A stretch of DNA of 64,000 nt from Alphaproteobacteria bacterium (GTDB lineage: Bacteria; Pseudomonadota; Alphaproteobacteria; RF32; CAG-239): contig JAFSUB010000005.1 of NCBI GenBank assembly GCA_017445475.1, forward strand, positions 20,124 through 84,123, in the 5' to 3' direction. Both the position numbers and the translations under genes were made by a program. Under the pieces are notes generated by a model. That model saw nothing but the letters and a program-made list of their open reading frames with translations. It had not been told where the DNA came from and made no database searches. Below are positions 43,154-52,699 of this stretch, in pieces; position 1 is the stretch's first letter, and each line of letters begins with the position of its first letter.

Positions 43154-43195
43154 ATCCCCCGTTTTGAAAAAGACGGGGGATAAATCGTTTTAAAA
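43154..43195 (+). terminator. Rho-independent terminator
   Basis: Perfect 9-bp stem ATCCCCCGT/ACGGGGGAT with a 10-nt loop. Confidence 0.55.
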
Positions 43196-43237
43196 AAATC
43201 TCCCGTGGATTGCCTTAAAAAAAGCAAAACACGGGAG
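43190..43237 (-). terminator. Rho-independent terminator for the minus-strand gene ending at 43253
   Basis: CTCCCGTG..CACGGGAG inverted repeat (43200-43207 / 43230-43237) followed on the minus strand by TTTTTTT (43193-43199). Confidence 0.4.
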
Positions 43238-43252
43238 AAATTGAGGGGGGAG

Positions 43253-43660
43253 TCAAGAATGAATCTCAACCCATCTTTGCAGCAGCGCTGCAGTTAGCTT
43301 GCAGATAATAATCTCATCATATTTTGATGCATACATCTGCTTTTCGCTGCTCAACGGAACGCGCAAATTTTCAGCGCGAACCGTTCTTGTCATGGCCTCA
43401 TACTCCAGAGGCGCTGTCGTGAGGTTCCAATTTTCGGCAACCTTAACGACTGCGTGGTAGGCAACACTGTAGGCATGAGCCTCAATGTATGCCTCCTCTT
43501 CGGCAGTGAGGTCAACGGCCAGGGCATTGAGCTCTTCGTTTGCCTGTTCAGCCTTTTGGCTGTATTCGGCAATCAGCTCTTGAGCACGCTGCATGTTTGA
43601 CGTGCAAGAAACGCACATCACGCCCGCCATAACAGCGAGCAAAAGAATAATCTTTTTCAT
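43253..43660 (-). CDS. hypothetical exported protein/lipoprotein (135 aa)
   Basis: Signal peptide MKKIILLLAVMAGVMCVSC, then a helical domain. Confidence 0.5.
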   Translation of the reverse strand: MKKIILLLAVMAGVMCVSCTSNMQRAQELIAEYSQKAEQANEELNALAVDLTAEEEAYIEAHAYSVAYHAVVKVAENWNLTTAPLEYEAMTRTVRAENLRVPLSSEKQMYASKYDEIIICKLTAALLQRWVEIHS

Positions 43661-43694
43661 ATTTTTTTAATTTTAAATTTTAATTGTTAAACAT

Positions 43695-43842
43695 TCTAGG
43701 ACTCCCACCAAGGAAATTCACTCCTGGTGCGCCTGTGATAATAGCGCCAAGCGGCGATGGAATTGACGACATATCCAACCACCATCACAACAGCGGCGAT
43801 GGCGCAAATGCCCAACAGGGCAAGGAACATGAATGCGACCAT
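43695..43842 (-). CDS. putative small hydrophobic membrane peptide (49 aa, below the ORF-track size cutoff)
   Basis: Translation MVAFMFLALLGICAIAAVVMVVGYVVNSIAAWRYYHRRTRSEFPWWES: one TM helix plus a basic/aromatic tail. Weak RBS. Flanked by 12-nt direct repeats TTAAACATTCTA. Confidence 0.3.
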
Positions 43843-43939
43843 AACAAAATATTTTTTTTAAATTAAACATTCTATGATAAGATTCCCCTCGGGGGAATAA
43901 TATACATATTTATAAACATAAATAATTTTTTAAACTTTT

Positions 43940-45241
43940 CTATCTCGTGGCGGTGTTTGCGTTTTGGCGCTCACAGCTCAAAGATTTTGCCATCGCTTTG
44001 ACAAGCTGAAATGAAACACCGTCCATTTTTTGTGTTTTCGGCTCCATGCCACGTTCAATTTGAGCTATCGCTTCATCAAGCGAAATTGCATATCCTTTTT
44101 CATGGCACAAATCAAAAAGCTTATAGCAATCGGGGCGTCTTTCTTTATCAATATAATTGCCCGTATAAACAACGCTTGGGATTCCCAAGGCCGCCGCATC
44201 CGACGTATATGAAAAACTGTCGTGCGTGTTCACCACAAATTCACACACATCTAAAACGGCCGGATATATGTTGCCGATGCTTTTCGCCTGCTCTTCAAAC
44301 TCGGCCTTATATTTACCGCTGTAATTTCTAAAATCTTGCGCTTCTTCATCATTTTGCGCGATTTTTTTGGAATTAAAAAATTCCATATGGTAAAGCTTGC
44401 ATCTTTCAAACAAATAGTCCGTCACATCGGATGGCGTGCGTGGCGAGTTTGTGAAAATCACATTATAATCTTTGGACCTGAGCTTAATTGCCGCTTTCAT
44501 CAAATTCTCGGCATCTTTTAAGTCAAAACCGATGGCGCCGTTGTCCGTTATGCCGCCAAGCGAGAACAAAACATTTTTCTTATCGCGGCTGTGGTCTATG
44601 ATGGCACCTTTGGCATAAAGCAAATTGCCGCTTAAAACACGTTTGATTTTGCCATATTTTTCTTTTAAGTGGTTTTCAAAGGTTTCATATTTGCTTTGCA
44701 GTTGATAAACATGGTTTCTAATTGTCGCCAAATTGTTGTTGCCGGCGGCGCCGAGTGTTTCCACAACTTTAGATTTAAGCTTTGGGTTTGATTTTAAGAC
44801 AGCTTCATCTAAATCAGAAAGTTGATGCTTTCCAACGTTAATGAGGTCAACATTTTGATAATCATAAAGGTTGCTTAACAAAACCATTGTCTTAACCTGA
44901 TGACCGCGCGCTTTGAAAGCCTTTTTAACAGCCAAAGAGAGCAAGTCAACATCTTTGTTTTCTTCTTTCTTTTTAGCTTGATCAAAGGGCAAAACAACAA
45001 ACTCCGGTGCTTTGTTTTCCTTTAAGTATGCATCAACACTTGCCTGAACGGCTGTTGCAAAATCGGTTAAAGAAGCAAAATTTTTGGGGTGCAAAAGCGT
45101 GCCGTCAGGCGCTTTTAATAAAGCCTCACGAGACACAGGCACTTTTTCGCCCCTTTTGCGCAATTTGGCACCGGCAACAATCACACCACGCATCTGGTTG
45201 TTTGTGCCTGTCATTTTGCTTTCAATCCCGATAACACGCAT
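43940..45241 (-). CDS. hypothetical protein (433 aa), possible GT-B-fold/ELM1-like
   Basis: C-terminal region LGIPSVVYTGNYIDKERRP resembles GT-B glycosyltransferase C-domains. The assignment is tentative. Confidence 0.35.
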   Translation of the reverse strand: MRVIGIESKMTGTNNQMRGVIVAGAKLRKRGEKVPVSREALLKAPDGTLLHPKNFASLTDFATAVQASVDAYLKENKAPEFVVLPFDQAKKKEENKDVDLLSLAVKKAFKARGHQVKTMVLLSNLYDYQNVDLINVGKHQLSDLDEAVLKSNPKLKSKVVETLGAAGNNNLATIRNHVYQLQSKYETFENHLKEKYGKIKRVLSGNLLYAKGAIIDHSRDKKNVLFSLGGITDNGAIGFDLKDAENLMKAAIKLRSKDYNVIFTNSPRTPSDVTDYLFERCKLYHMEFFNSKKIAQNDEEAQDFRNYSGKYKAEFEEQAKSIGNIYPAVLDVCEFVVNTHDSFSYTSDAAALGIPSVVYTGNYIDKERRPDCYKLFDLCHEKGYAISLDEAIAQIERGMEPKTQKMDGVSFQLVKAMAKSLSCERQNANTATR

Positions 45242-45389
45242 GGCATAAGTCCCTTTTACAAGCTATTTTCCGTAAAAATTATTATTTTCTGTCTAAAAGT
45301 GTAACAAAACCAACGTTTTATGTCAACCTTTTTTTTGCATTTTTTTAAAATTTTTTTTATCACAGAATCAATGGCTTAAAGTTTTTTCA

Positions 45390-45427
45390 ATTTTTTAAAA
45401 ACTGGTCAATTTAAACGTTCTATTAAA
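45390..45427. promoter_or_regulatory. 15-bp perfect inverted repeat (candidate operator) AACTGGTCAATTTAA-8 nt-TTAAATTGACCAGTT
   Basis: Arms at 45390-45404 and 45413-45427 are exact reverse complements. Lies about 150-190 nt upstream of the minus-strand gene starting at 45241. Confidence 0.35.
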
Positions 45428-45519
45428 TTGACCAGTTGAAATGCCAAAAAAACATCGCTGTTTCAAACAATTATACCCCTCCGTTCCTCCACCTAGGGGG
45501 GAAAGTCAAAGGGTAGAAA

Positions 45520-45798
45520 AATAAACGTCATGGCTCGTTTTCTTTAAGAAAACGTCCGGCCATCTTCGTTGTGGTGCAAAGGGCGCAATTTGGATTCTCG
45601 GGACAAGCCCGAGAATGACAGAAGAAAAGAATCGGAAAGGCCCCTTGACGCATTCGCCTGCGGCTTTGCGAGGGGTGACAATCTAATTATTGTCATGGCT
45701 CCACGCGGCACGCGTGGTCAAGCCATCTTCGGATTCTTTTACACCTAACTTGAAGATGCCTTGAATTTTTTGAGCGTGCTCAAAAAATAGGCATGACG
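45520..45798 (+). repeat. about 280-bp structured MITE-like repeat, copy 1
   Basis: About 98% identical to 46495-46779 over roughly 240 bp. Termini ACGTCATG...CATGACGT form short inverted repeats. Internal perfect palindromes ATTCTCGGGACAAGCCCGAGAAT, TGACAATCTAATTATTGTCA, CACGCGGCACGCGTG. Confidence 0.8.
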
Positions 45799-45926
45799 TT
45801 GTTTGTTTTTGGATTTTAGGGGCGAGTCGAAGACGAGTGAACCTGTCGAGCTCCACCCCTGGTATAGACGGAAAAAGAAGGCTTAGGATTACAGTAAAAG
45901 ATGGGCACCCAAGAATTGTGTCAATA

Positions 45927-46385
45927 TTACTTTGATAAAAAGTCGCCCAGCATTTTATTGAAAATTGACTGGCTCAAATTGTTTTCTTTTTCCAAATCGC
46001 TTTTGTTAAGAATATAATCTTCAAAAACTTGCGCAACAGCTTTATTTTGCCTTTCGAGACATGTGCACAAACTTTTGTATTCACCATCCGGAATGCCCTT
46101 ATTTAAATCTGCTGAATATTTTTCAAAATCACGAGAGGCTATAAAGTTCGCCGAAAATAACTTATGTTCATCGCCAAGTCGAAGGTCTATATCATAGTAT
46201 GCTCTTTGATCTGTCACCTGATACTCACCATCTTCATCCTCCACAATCCTTTGTTCTGCTTCTTGTTTCCGAGTAAGTTTGAGATTAAGGGCATCATCTC
46301 CTTTACAAATTTCCGCAGTTAAAGACTGTTCATCCGTTTGCATATTGACCAACGCACCCGCTCTTCTGTAAGTGTATTTTCCCAT
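45927..46385 (-). CDS. hypothetical protein (152 aa) bracketed by the two MITE-like repeats
   Basis: Clean ORF. No recognisable motif. Confidence 0.45.
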   Translation of the reverse strand: MGKYTYRRAGALVNMQTDEQSLTAEICKGDDALNLKLTRKQEAEQRIVEDEDGEYQVTDQRAYYDIDLRLGDEHKLFSANFIASRDFEKYSADLNKGIPDGEYKSLCTCLERQNKAVAQVFEDYILNKSDLEKENNLSQSIFNKMLGDFLSK

Positions 46386-46494
46386 TGTTTTTGCCTTTCA
46401 TTTAAGCGATGATTTCTCATCTTTTTGCCTTTATGTTGTGACTTTAACAAATAAATATTGTTTTGTCAAGATGTTTTTGCATTTTTTTTAGATT

Positions 46495-46779
46495 ATAAAC
46501 GTCATGATTCGTTTGATGCTGAAAGCAGAAAACGTCTGGCCATCTTCGTTGTGGTGCAAAGGGCGCAATTTGGATTCTCGGGACAAGCCCGAGAATGACA
46601 GAAGAAAAGAACCGGAAAGGCCCCTTGACGCATTCGCCTGCGGCTCAGCGAGGGGTGACAATCTAATTATTGTCATGGCTCCACGCGGCACGCGTGGTCA
46701 AGCCATCTTCGGATTCTTTTACACCTAACTTGAAGATGCCTTGAATTTTTTGAGCGTGCTCAAAAAAATAGGCATGACG
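46495..46779 (+). repeat. about 280-bp structured MITE-like repeat, copy 2
   Basis: See copy 1. Same orientation. Differs by three substitutions in the core. The 5' 40 nt diverge. A 37-nt insertion follows CATGACG before the shared GTTGTTTTTGGATT. Confidence 0.8.
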
Positions 46780-46889
46780 GGGTAAACAGTTGCCTATCGG
46801 CAAAAAAGGGGTAGCGGTTGTTTTTGGATTCTTCACTACGTTCAGAATGACGATAAAAAAATCAGAATGACGAGAAAAAAGCGGGAGAA

Positions 46890-47090
46890 TTAATAATGCG
46901 GGGGTGGAGTTTCTTCCGATAACGGCTTAACCGTTTCGCGCTCAATCAAGTTTTTTAAAAGCGCGTTTTCTTTTTTTATGGCATCAATTTGCTTTCCCTG
47001 AAAAATAATCACCTCACTCAAATCATCAAGCATACGCTGCTGTTCTGTGATGGCAAGTTCGATGTCTGTCAGCCTTTCTTCAATGTTCAT
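46890..47090 (-). CDS. slyX: SlyX family protein
   Basis: Coiled-coil about 66 aa from MNIEERLTDIELAI, ending in the SlyX-typical ETPPPHY. Confidence 0.75.
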   Translation of the reverse strand: MNIEERLTDIELAITEQQRMLDDLSEVIIFQGKQIDAIKKENALLKNLIERETVKPLSEETPPPHY

Positions 47091-47100
47091 CCGTTTTTCC

Positions 47101-47715
47101 CTATTTAATTTCCAAAACAGCCTCTTTGGCATCGCCTCGAAGATAAACCTCGATTCCTGCTTGAGAAATGAGCGATTTCAAACAAACAAGCGGTGCATAA
47201 AGCGCGGGATTTTCATCGGGCACGTTGCCGCTTAAAGCTCTTTGCATATTTTCAAGCTTTTGATGGGCAAGCTCAAAATCAGAACGCGCCAAGCAAACAA
47301 GCCCGTCTTCCGATTCGTCAACTTCCATTGTGCCGCCCCTGATAAAAACATCTGCAAGCGACATTAAGCTTAAGAAAACAATTTTATAAAGCGAAACATT
47401 TTGCACATTCCACTCAAGCACAATCGGGTGTTTTTGACTTCCGATTGTTTGAAGATAATCCTCTGCAATTTTTTTGGCCTCATCAACATCTTTCATCAAA
47501 GCATTTTTTAAGCCAAACGCAAGTCTGAAAAACTTGAGGCGTGATGAAAGTGTTTGAGCGCTTGTCTTCAAAAGCGGTTTTAAGTCGTCAATATCCGACG
47601 GATCATCTTCCATCAGCTCAACGGCATTACACATTGCACCGATGTTGCCGATTAAATCGTGGCTGATACGCGTGCAAACAAGCTCTGCAATTTCTAAAGG
47701 TAAAAGATTGGTCAT
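47101..47715 (-). CDS. chpT: histidine phosphotransferase ChpT (CckA-ChpT-CtrA relay)
   Basis: RISHDLIGNIGAM HisKA-like phospho-His motif. About 200 aa with a degenerate HATPase-like C-domain. An alphaproteobacteria-specific family. Confidence 0.7.
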   Translation of the reverse strand: MTNLLPLEIAELVCTRISHDLIGNIGAMCNAVELMEDDPSDIDDLKPLLKTSAQTLSSRLKFFRLAFGLKNALMKDVDEAKKIAEDYLQTIGSQKHPIVLEWNVQNVSLYKIVFLSLMSLADVFIRGGTMEVDESEDGLVCLARSDFELAHQKLENMQRALSGNVPDENPALYAPLVCLKSLISQAGIEVYLRGDAKEAVLEIK

Positions 47716-47724
47716 TTAAGTTCC

Positions 47725-48705
47725 TTAAAAATTATAAACATCCGTGTGGATATAGCGCTGATCCTCGCGCGACATACGATTGACATCAAGCTGTTGCAAC
47801 GACGGATCTTCAAGCCTTAAATAGCCTGTTGAGGCTTTCAAATAGGCTTTATTGCCGCCAAGCCCCCAAACAACATCTTCTTTATTGTCGGGTGCACCGT
47901 ATTTTTGGCTGATTTGTTTCCAAAAGTCATAAACCTTCAGGTTTCGCAAATATATTGCTTTCATACTGTTTCCCTTAAAACTTGAGGCTTCGGTTTTGTA
48001 TATCACTCGATAAACCTTGTTGTTTGTAAAGGTGCTTGAAAGAAAGATGTCAACTGTTTCTTTGGTGTCAAATTTTGAAAATGAGGCCTGTGAAATATAC
48101 TGCGTGTTGCCGGCTTTGGCAAGTTTAACCACGCACCCTTCCAAACGCTCATAGCCCACAACACCCTGATTGCGGCATTTTTCTTCATTGCGCCAGCGAA
48201 TAAAGTTTGGAATATCCATTTTTTGACTGATTTTGCGATAGCCCCTTTTTAAGAGCTGTTCTTCCGCTTGAGGATAGCTCATTTTGAGCATCACACCCGC
48301 CACATTAAACACAGCCGCATTCGAACGCCGGGGCTTGTTTTGGCTTTCTTCCATCAGTTTTTTAACAGAATCGGATTTGTCTTTGCCCTTAAAAAGAGAA
48401 CCTACCCAGCTTTGTGAAGAACTTTTGCTTTCCGATGATTTTTGCTCTTCTTTGTTCGACTTGGCCGCATTTTTTTTCAAATTCTGCGACAGCGACTTTG
48501 ATGTGTCGATTTCAGGCTTTGACGTTTCCGGCTCTAAAGTGTTGCCGAAGGCGTCTTCCGTTAAATCAAAATCTAAATCTTCATCATCCATAACGGGCGT
48601 TTGCGCGGACAAATCGGGCGAAACCAAAACTTCCATATCCGCGGCATATCCGTTTTGCGCAAAAATCAGCGCAAGCGCGACAAATATCAATTTGTTCATT
48701 TTCAA
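47725..48705 (-). CDS. hypothetical secreted protein (326 aa)
   Basis: Signal peptide MKMNKLIFVALALIFAQNGYA. Acidic/Ser-rich linker. C-terminal globular domain. Confidence 0.5.
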   Translation of the reverse strand: MKMNKLIFVALALIFAQNGYAADMEVLVSPDLSAQTPVMDDEDLDFDLTEDAFGNTLEPETSKPEIDTSKSLSQNLKKNAAKSNKEEQKSSESKSSSQSWVGSLFKGKDKSDSVKKLMEESQNKPRRSNAAVFNVAGVMLKMSYPQAEEQLLKRGYRKISQKMDIPNFIRWRNEEKCRNQGVVGYERLEGCVVKLAKAGNTQYISQASFSKFDTKETVDIFLSSTFTNNKVYRVIYKTEASSFKGNSMKAIYLRNLKVYDFWKQISQKYGAPDNKEDVVWGLGGNKAYLKASTGYLRLEDPSLQQLDVNRMSREDQRYIHTDVYNF

Positions 48706-48835
48706 ACCTTATCTTTCGAATCTTTTTTGATGATAGACCTTTGAGCCTTAAAAAAGTTTTAATGTATTGTTTAATTTTTGTGGACATCAACTCAAAAAAA
48801 CGTTACAACAAAAAAACATCAAAAAAAGGAAAAAA

Positions 48836-50207
48836 GATGAGCTCTGAAATTGCAATCGTCGGCGCAGGACTCGCCGGTTCGGAAGCCGCTTGGCAGGCGG
48901 CCGTTCGCGGCGTAAAAGTTGATTTGTTCGATATGAAACCGCTTAAATTTTCGCCGGCACATAAAAACAACAATTTTGCCGAGCTTGTGTGTTCAAACTC
49001 TTTTCGCTCGGACGATTATATGCACAATGCGGTTGGGTTGCTTCACGAAGAAATGCGACGCGCCGACTCGCTTGTGATGTCTGTGGCCGATGAAACAAAA
49101 GTTCCCGCCGGCGGGGCTTTGGCGGTTGACCGCGAATTGTTTGCACAAAAGATAACCGAAAAATTGGCCGCACACAAAAATATCAACATCATCTCAAAAG
49201 AAATTCAAACTTTGGGTGAGCTTGACTATCCGCTCATCATCATTGCAACCGGTCCGTTAACGGCGCAAAATCTGGCGCTTGACATCCAAAAAAGCACAAG
49301 CCACAGCGCTTTGGCGTTTTATGATGCCATCGCACCGGTTGTTTATAAGGAAAGCATTGATTTTTCAAAAGCGTGGTATCAATCGCGTTATGACAAGGGT
49401 GAGATGAAAGACTATATCAACTGCCCCTTGAGCAAAGAAGAATACGAGGCTTTTATAAAGGCGCTTTTAGATGCCGAGAAAGCCGAGTTTCACGACTTTG
49501 AAAACGACGCATATTTTGACGGTTGTCTGCCCATAGAAGTGATGGCAGAGCGCGGCATTGAAACTTTGCGTTTCGGTCCGATGAAACCGGTCGGTCTGAC
49601 AAACCCGCACTCAAACGAAAAACCTTATGCCGTTGTGCAACTGCGCCAAGACAATCTTCAAGACACGTTAAGAAACATTGTCGGTTTTCAAACAAAGCTT
49701 AAATACAGTGCACAAAAACGTGTTTTTTCTTTAATTCCCGGCCTGCAAAATGCCGAGTTTGCGCGCTTTGGCGGCATTCATAAAAACACTTTTATCAAAA
49801 GCCCGATTTTGCTCGACAATTTTTTGCGCCTCAAATCAAACCCGAAATTGATGTTTGCCGGACAAATTACGGGCTGTGAAGGCTATGTTGAAAGTGCGGC
49901 CGTCGGCTTTTTGGCGGGCGTTTTTTCGGGATTTTTTGCTTCAAACAAAACCCCTGTTTTGCCTCCGCGCGCAACTGCTTTCGCTTCGATGTTGGCACAC
50001 CTTAGCAACACTCAAAACATTGACAGCTACCAACCGATGAACATCAATTTCGGTTTGTTTCAACCTTTAGAGCCAATCATCACGGCACAAGGCAAACAAA
50101 AACACCTAAAAGGCCTGCAAAAAAAAGAAGCTTATGCAAAACGCGCACTTTTAAGCCTTGAGGGGTGGCTTAAAGATTTGCACAACGCTTTTTCAACGAA
50201 CGGTTGA
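48836..50207 (+). CDS. trmFO: methylenetetrahydrofolate--tRNA-(uracil-5-)-methyltransferase TrmFO
   Basis: Start at MSSEIAIVGAGLAGSEAAW (FAD-binding GxGxxG). GidA-related fold. The ORF-track N-terminal extension lacks homology. Confidence 0.85.
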
Positions 50208-50261
50208 CAAAAAGAAAAACATAGGATAGTTTTTTTAAAAAGAGTAACGGGAACGGCGAAA

Positions 50262-51098
50262 ATGAACACAATCGGCCAAGTAATCGGAAAACATCGGATA
50301 ACGCTTTTTTGGTGTTTAAGAGGGCTCAAAAAAGCGCAACGCGAGGCTGTTTATACGCTTTTTTCCTTTTGCAGACACATTGATACCATCATTAAAAGCC
50401 AGATGAGCACGGCCTCAAAGCTTGATTTGCTGAACGCGTGGAAGTTGGAGCTTGACAACATATATGAAAAAAAAGTTCCCGCAACCAAAATCGGACGCAA
50501 GATTTATAAAAACTGTATGCGTTTTAAAATTCAAAAAGAAGACTTTTCGCGCATTTTAGAAGCGGCCTTGCTTGATTTTCCAAAGCCTATTCAGGCGCCT
50601 TCAAACGAGGTTTTTGAGGCTTATTGTGAGGGTTTTGCCATCGTGCCGATATACATCACCTTGCTTATCCTCGGCATTATGAACGAGCCCAAAATGCGTT
50701 TGCTTGCCAAAAACTTCGGCAAAGCTTTGATATTGACGGACATTTTGCGCAACATCAAAGAAGACGCACTCAGAGGGCATCTCTACATTCAAAAAGAAGT
50801 TTTACAAAAAGCGGAGATCAACACCACCGATCCAATGGCTGCCATTACCGACGCCAACATCATTCACGCCAGAGAAATCCTCGCAAAACAGGCCGCAATT
50901 TGTTTTCAAAAAACATATAAACTTCTGTTTATGAAAAATGGAAAGGTTTTGCGTCCGCTTCGATTTGTATTCCACACTTATAAAAAATATTTCGACATGA
51001 TGCAAAGCAGAGGCTGGGAAATTATGTCGCCCAAGCCCGAAATCAAAAAAATTGATAAAATCGCCATCGCCTTAAACACAATCTTTGATAAATATTAA
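50262..51098 (+). CDS. squalene/phytoene synthase family protein
   Basis: YTLFSFCRHIDTI (first Asp-rich region analogue) and ILTDILRNIKEDALRGHLYI (second motif) are typical of trans-isoprenyl diphosphate synthases, head-to-head. Confidence 0.65.
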   Translation: MNTIGQVIGKHRITLFWCLRGLKKAQREAVYTLFSFCRHIDTIIKSQMSTASKLDLLNAWKLELDNIYEKKVPATKIGRKIYKNCMRFKIQKEDFSRILEAALLDFPKPIQAPSNEVFEAYCEGFAIVPIYITLLILGIMNEPKMRLLAKNFGKALILTDILRNIKEDALRGHLYIQKEVLQKAEINTTDPMAAITDANIIHAREILAKQAAICFQKTYKLLFMKNGKVLRPLRFVFHTYKKYFDMMQSRGWEIMSPKPEIKKIDKIAIALNTIFDKY

Positions 51099-51186
51099 CC
51101 TTTTCATGCAACACTGACAAAAAGATATAGAATGATATGTGTTTTCTATGTTTTGTGTTCACTCGTTTTTTTAAGGATTTTATGAT

Positions 51187-52059
51187 ATGTTAAAGTTTTA
51201 CAAAGCTCTTTTGGTTTCGGCTTTTGTTTGGCCGTTTTTGCCCGGCGCGGCGCACGCTTTTGATGACGGTGCGAGCAGTTTAACGGCAAACTTAAAGCGT
51301 ATTGCCGTTCAATATAATCAAAACAGCGTTTCAAACAGAGGCGAAGACGCCGAATATCCGGGGACATTCACTTCGGACGAACAAGAGCTTGTTTCTTTTG
51401 TGTTTGACGGCAATTTGGAATATAATATGCAAAAAGCCGTTTGGCTGAACAGCCTGTTTATGGAATATGGCAAAAGCAAATCAACCGAAAACGGCGTCAC
51501 GACAAAAAGCGAAACCGCAGATAAAATTTTGCTGACAACCGATTATACCCTCAAAATGTGGGAGCTCGATCAAGGCTTTGTCGGACCGTTTGCCAACCTC
51601 GGCTATCAAACCGAATTTACCACCTTTGAAGATGAGGACGGCAAAAAGTATCGCACCAAAATTTTGCGTGGCAAAACCGGTTTGAAGCTTTATGAAGGCG
51701 AGCTTTTCAAAGAATTATACATCGCCGCCGTTGAAGAAGCCGACTTTACATACAGCGGCACAAATATGAAAACGGCCGGCGAGCTGGGATATCAGTTTGA
51801 ATATGGCCTCCGTGAGGGCGTCAAATTCGTTTCAAACGGCTATCTTCGCAAGTTTTTTGTGTATGATAAATACCGAAACACCGATTTCAAATATGAGGCG
51901 GAAACAAACAATCGTTTAGATGTTGCCATTATCGGCGGCTTGTCTTTTGCGCCGTTTATCAACTACAAAATCGCCAAAACACGCGGCGCAAGCAAATTCA
52001 GAAGCAACAAAATCATCGGCTTGTCGCTTGGTTATGAAACAGACTATAAATTCTGGTAA
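51187..52059 (+). CDS. hypothetical outer-membrane beta-barrel protein
   Basis: Signal peptide ending AHA-FD. Alternating amphipathic beta-strands. C-terminal aromatic YKFW. Confidence 0.5.
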   Translation: MLKFYKALLVSAFVWPFLPGAAHAFDDGASSLTANLKRIAVQYNQNSVSNRGEDAEYPGTFTSDEQELVSFVFDGNLEYNMQKAVWLNSLFMEYGKSKSTENGVTTKSETADKILLTTDYTLKMWELDQGFVGPFANLGYQTEFTTFEDEDGKKYRTKILRGKTGLKLYEGELFKELYIAAVEEADFTYSGTNMKTAGELGYQFEYGLREGVKFVSNGYLRKFFVYDKYRNTDFKYEAETNNRLDVAIIGGLSFAPFINYKIAKTRGASKFRSNKIIGLSLGYETDYKFW

Positions 52060-52078
52060 AACAAACATTTGCCTAAAA

Positions 52079-52119
52079 AAAACGCCTCAACTTTCAGTCG
52101 GGGCGTTTTCTTTTTTTTA
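52079..52119. terminator. bidirectional Rho-independent terminator
   Basis: AAAACGCC / GGCGTTTT stem (52079-52086, 52102-52109) followed by TCTTTTTTTT. A-run upstream serves the minus-strand gene. Confidence 0.55.
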
Positions 52120-52497
52120 CACAAATTCCGAAATGTCCGGAATTTTATCAAGACCTGTCGGCTCTAAACTGCCGGCCTTGAGATTGCAAAGAAGGCATTG
52201 TAGCGCATCTTTGTTTTCCTCGGCAAGCTCCGGATATTTTTTGAGCATTGCAAAGAACTCCGGAAAGGTGAACTGATCGGAATGGAAGGCATCTGCCCTC
52301 GTTTTGGGAAAATGCTCTTTAAACCACTGCTTGAGCAAATTTCGCGCCTCGACCATTTCTTTGAGGGCTTCAAGCCTTTGAGCCCGAAATGTGTCTTCGC
52401 CTGCTATGGTGATGCACCAATACGGAATTGTGATTAACGCCTGATGGGCCTTAATCAGAGCGGCATATGCCTGCTCGAATCTCTTAAAATTTTTCAT
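52117..52497 (-). CDS. hypothetical protein (126 aa)
   Basis: ORF only. Confidence 0.4.
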   Translation of the reverse strand: MKNFKRFEQAYAALIKAHQALITIPYWCITIAGEDTFRAQRLEALKEMVEARNLLKQWFKEHFPKTRADAFHSDQFTFPEFFAMLKKYPELAEENKDALQCLLCNLKAGSLEPTGLDKIPDISEFV

Positions 52498-52699
52498 CTT
52501 TATTAAAATTATTGGGTTAAAAATTATTCATCGACTCGAATTATACAAAAACAAAACCGTTTGTCAAGACGATTTATCACAAAATGCAAACATCAAAAAA
52601 TGCTGCGGTATAAAATGATTTTAAACATATTCTTTTTGCCCTTTTGCTTTATTATATATGAAAGGACAATCGGTAAAATTTCAAAACGAAAGGAAAAAA

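Noticed and set aside
45799-45860. Possible tRNA-like or tmRNA-like fragment (GGGGCGAGTCGAAGACGAGTGAACCTGTCGAGCTCCACCCC) after MITE-like copy 1
   Set aside because: Cannot be folded into a cloverleaf. No GTTCGAATC T-loop consensus and no acceptor/CCA context. Treated as a GC-rich hairpin only.
46488-46728. ORFs of 67 and 74 aa inside MITE-like repeat copy 2
   Set aside because: They lie on both strands of a palindromic, duplicated non-coding element. No RBS. The same sequence in copy 1 is not open.
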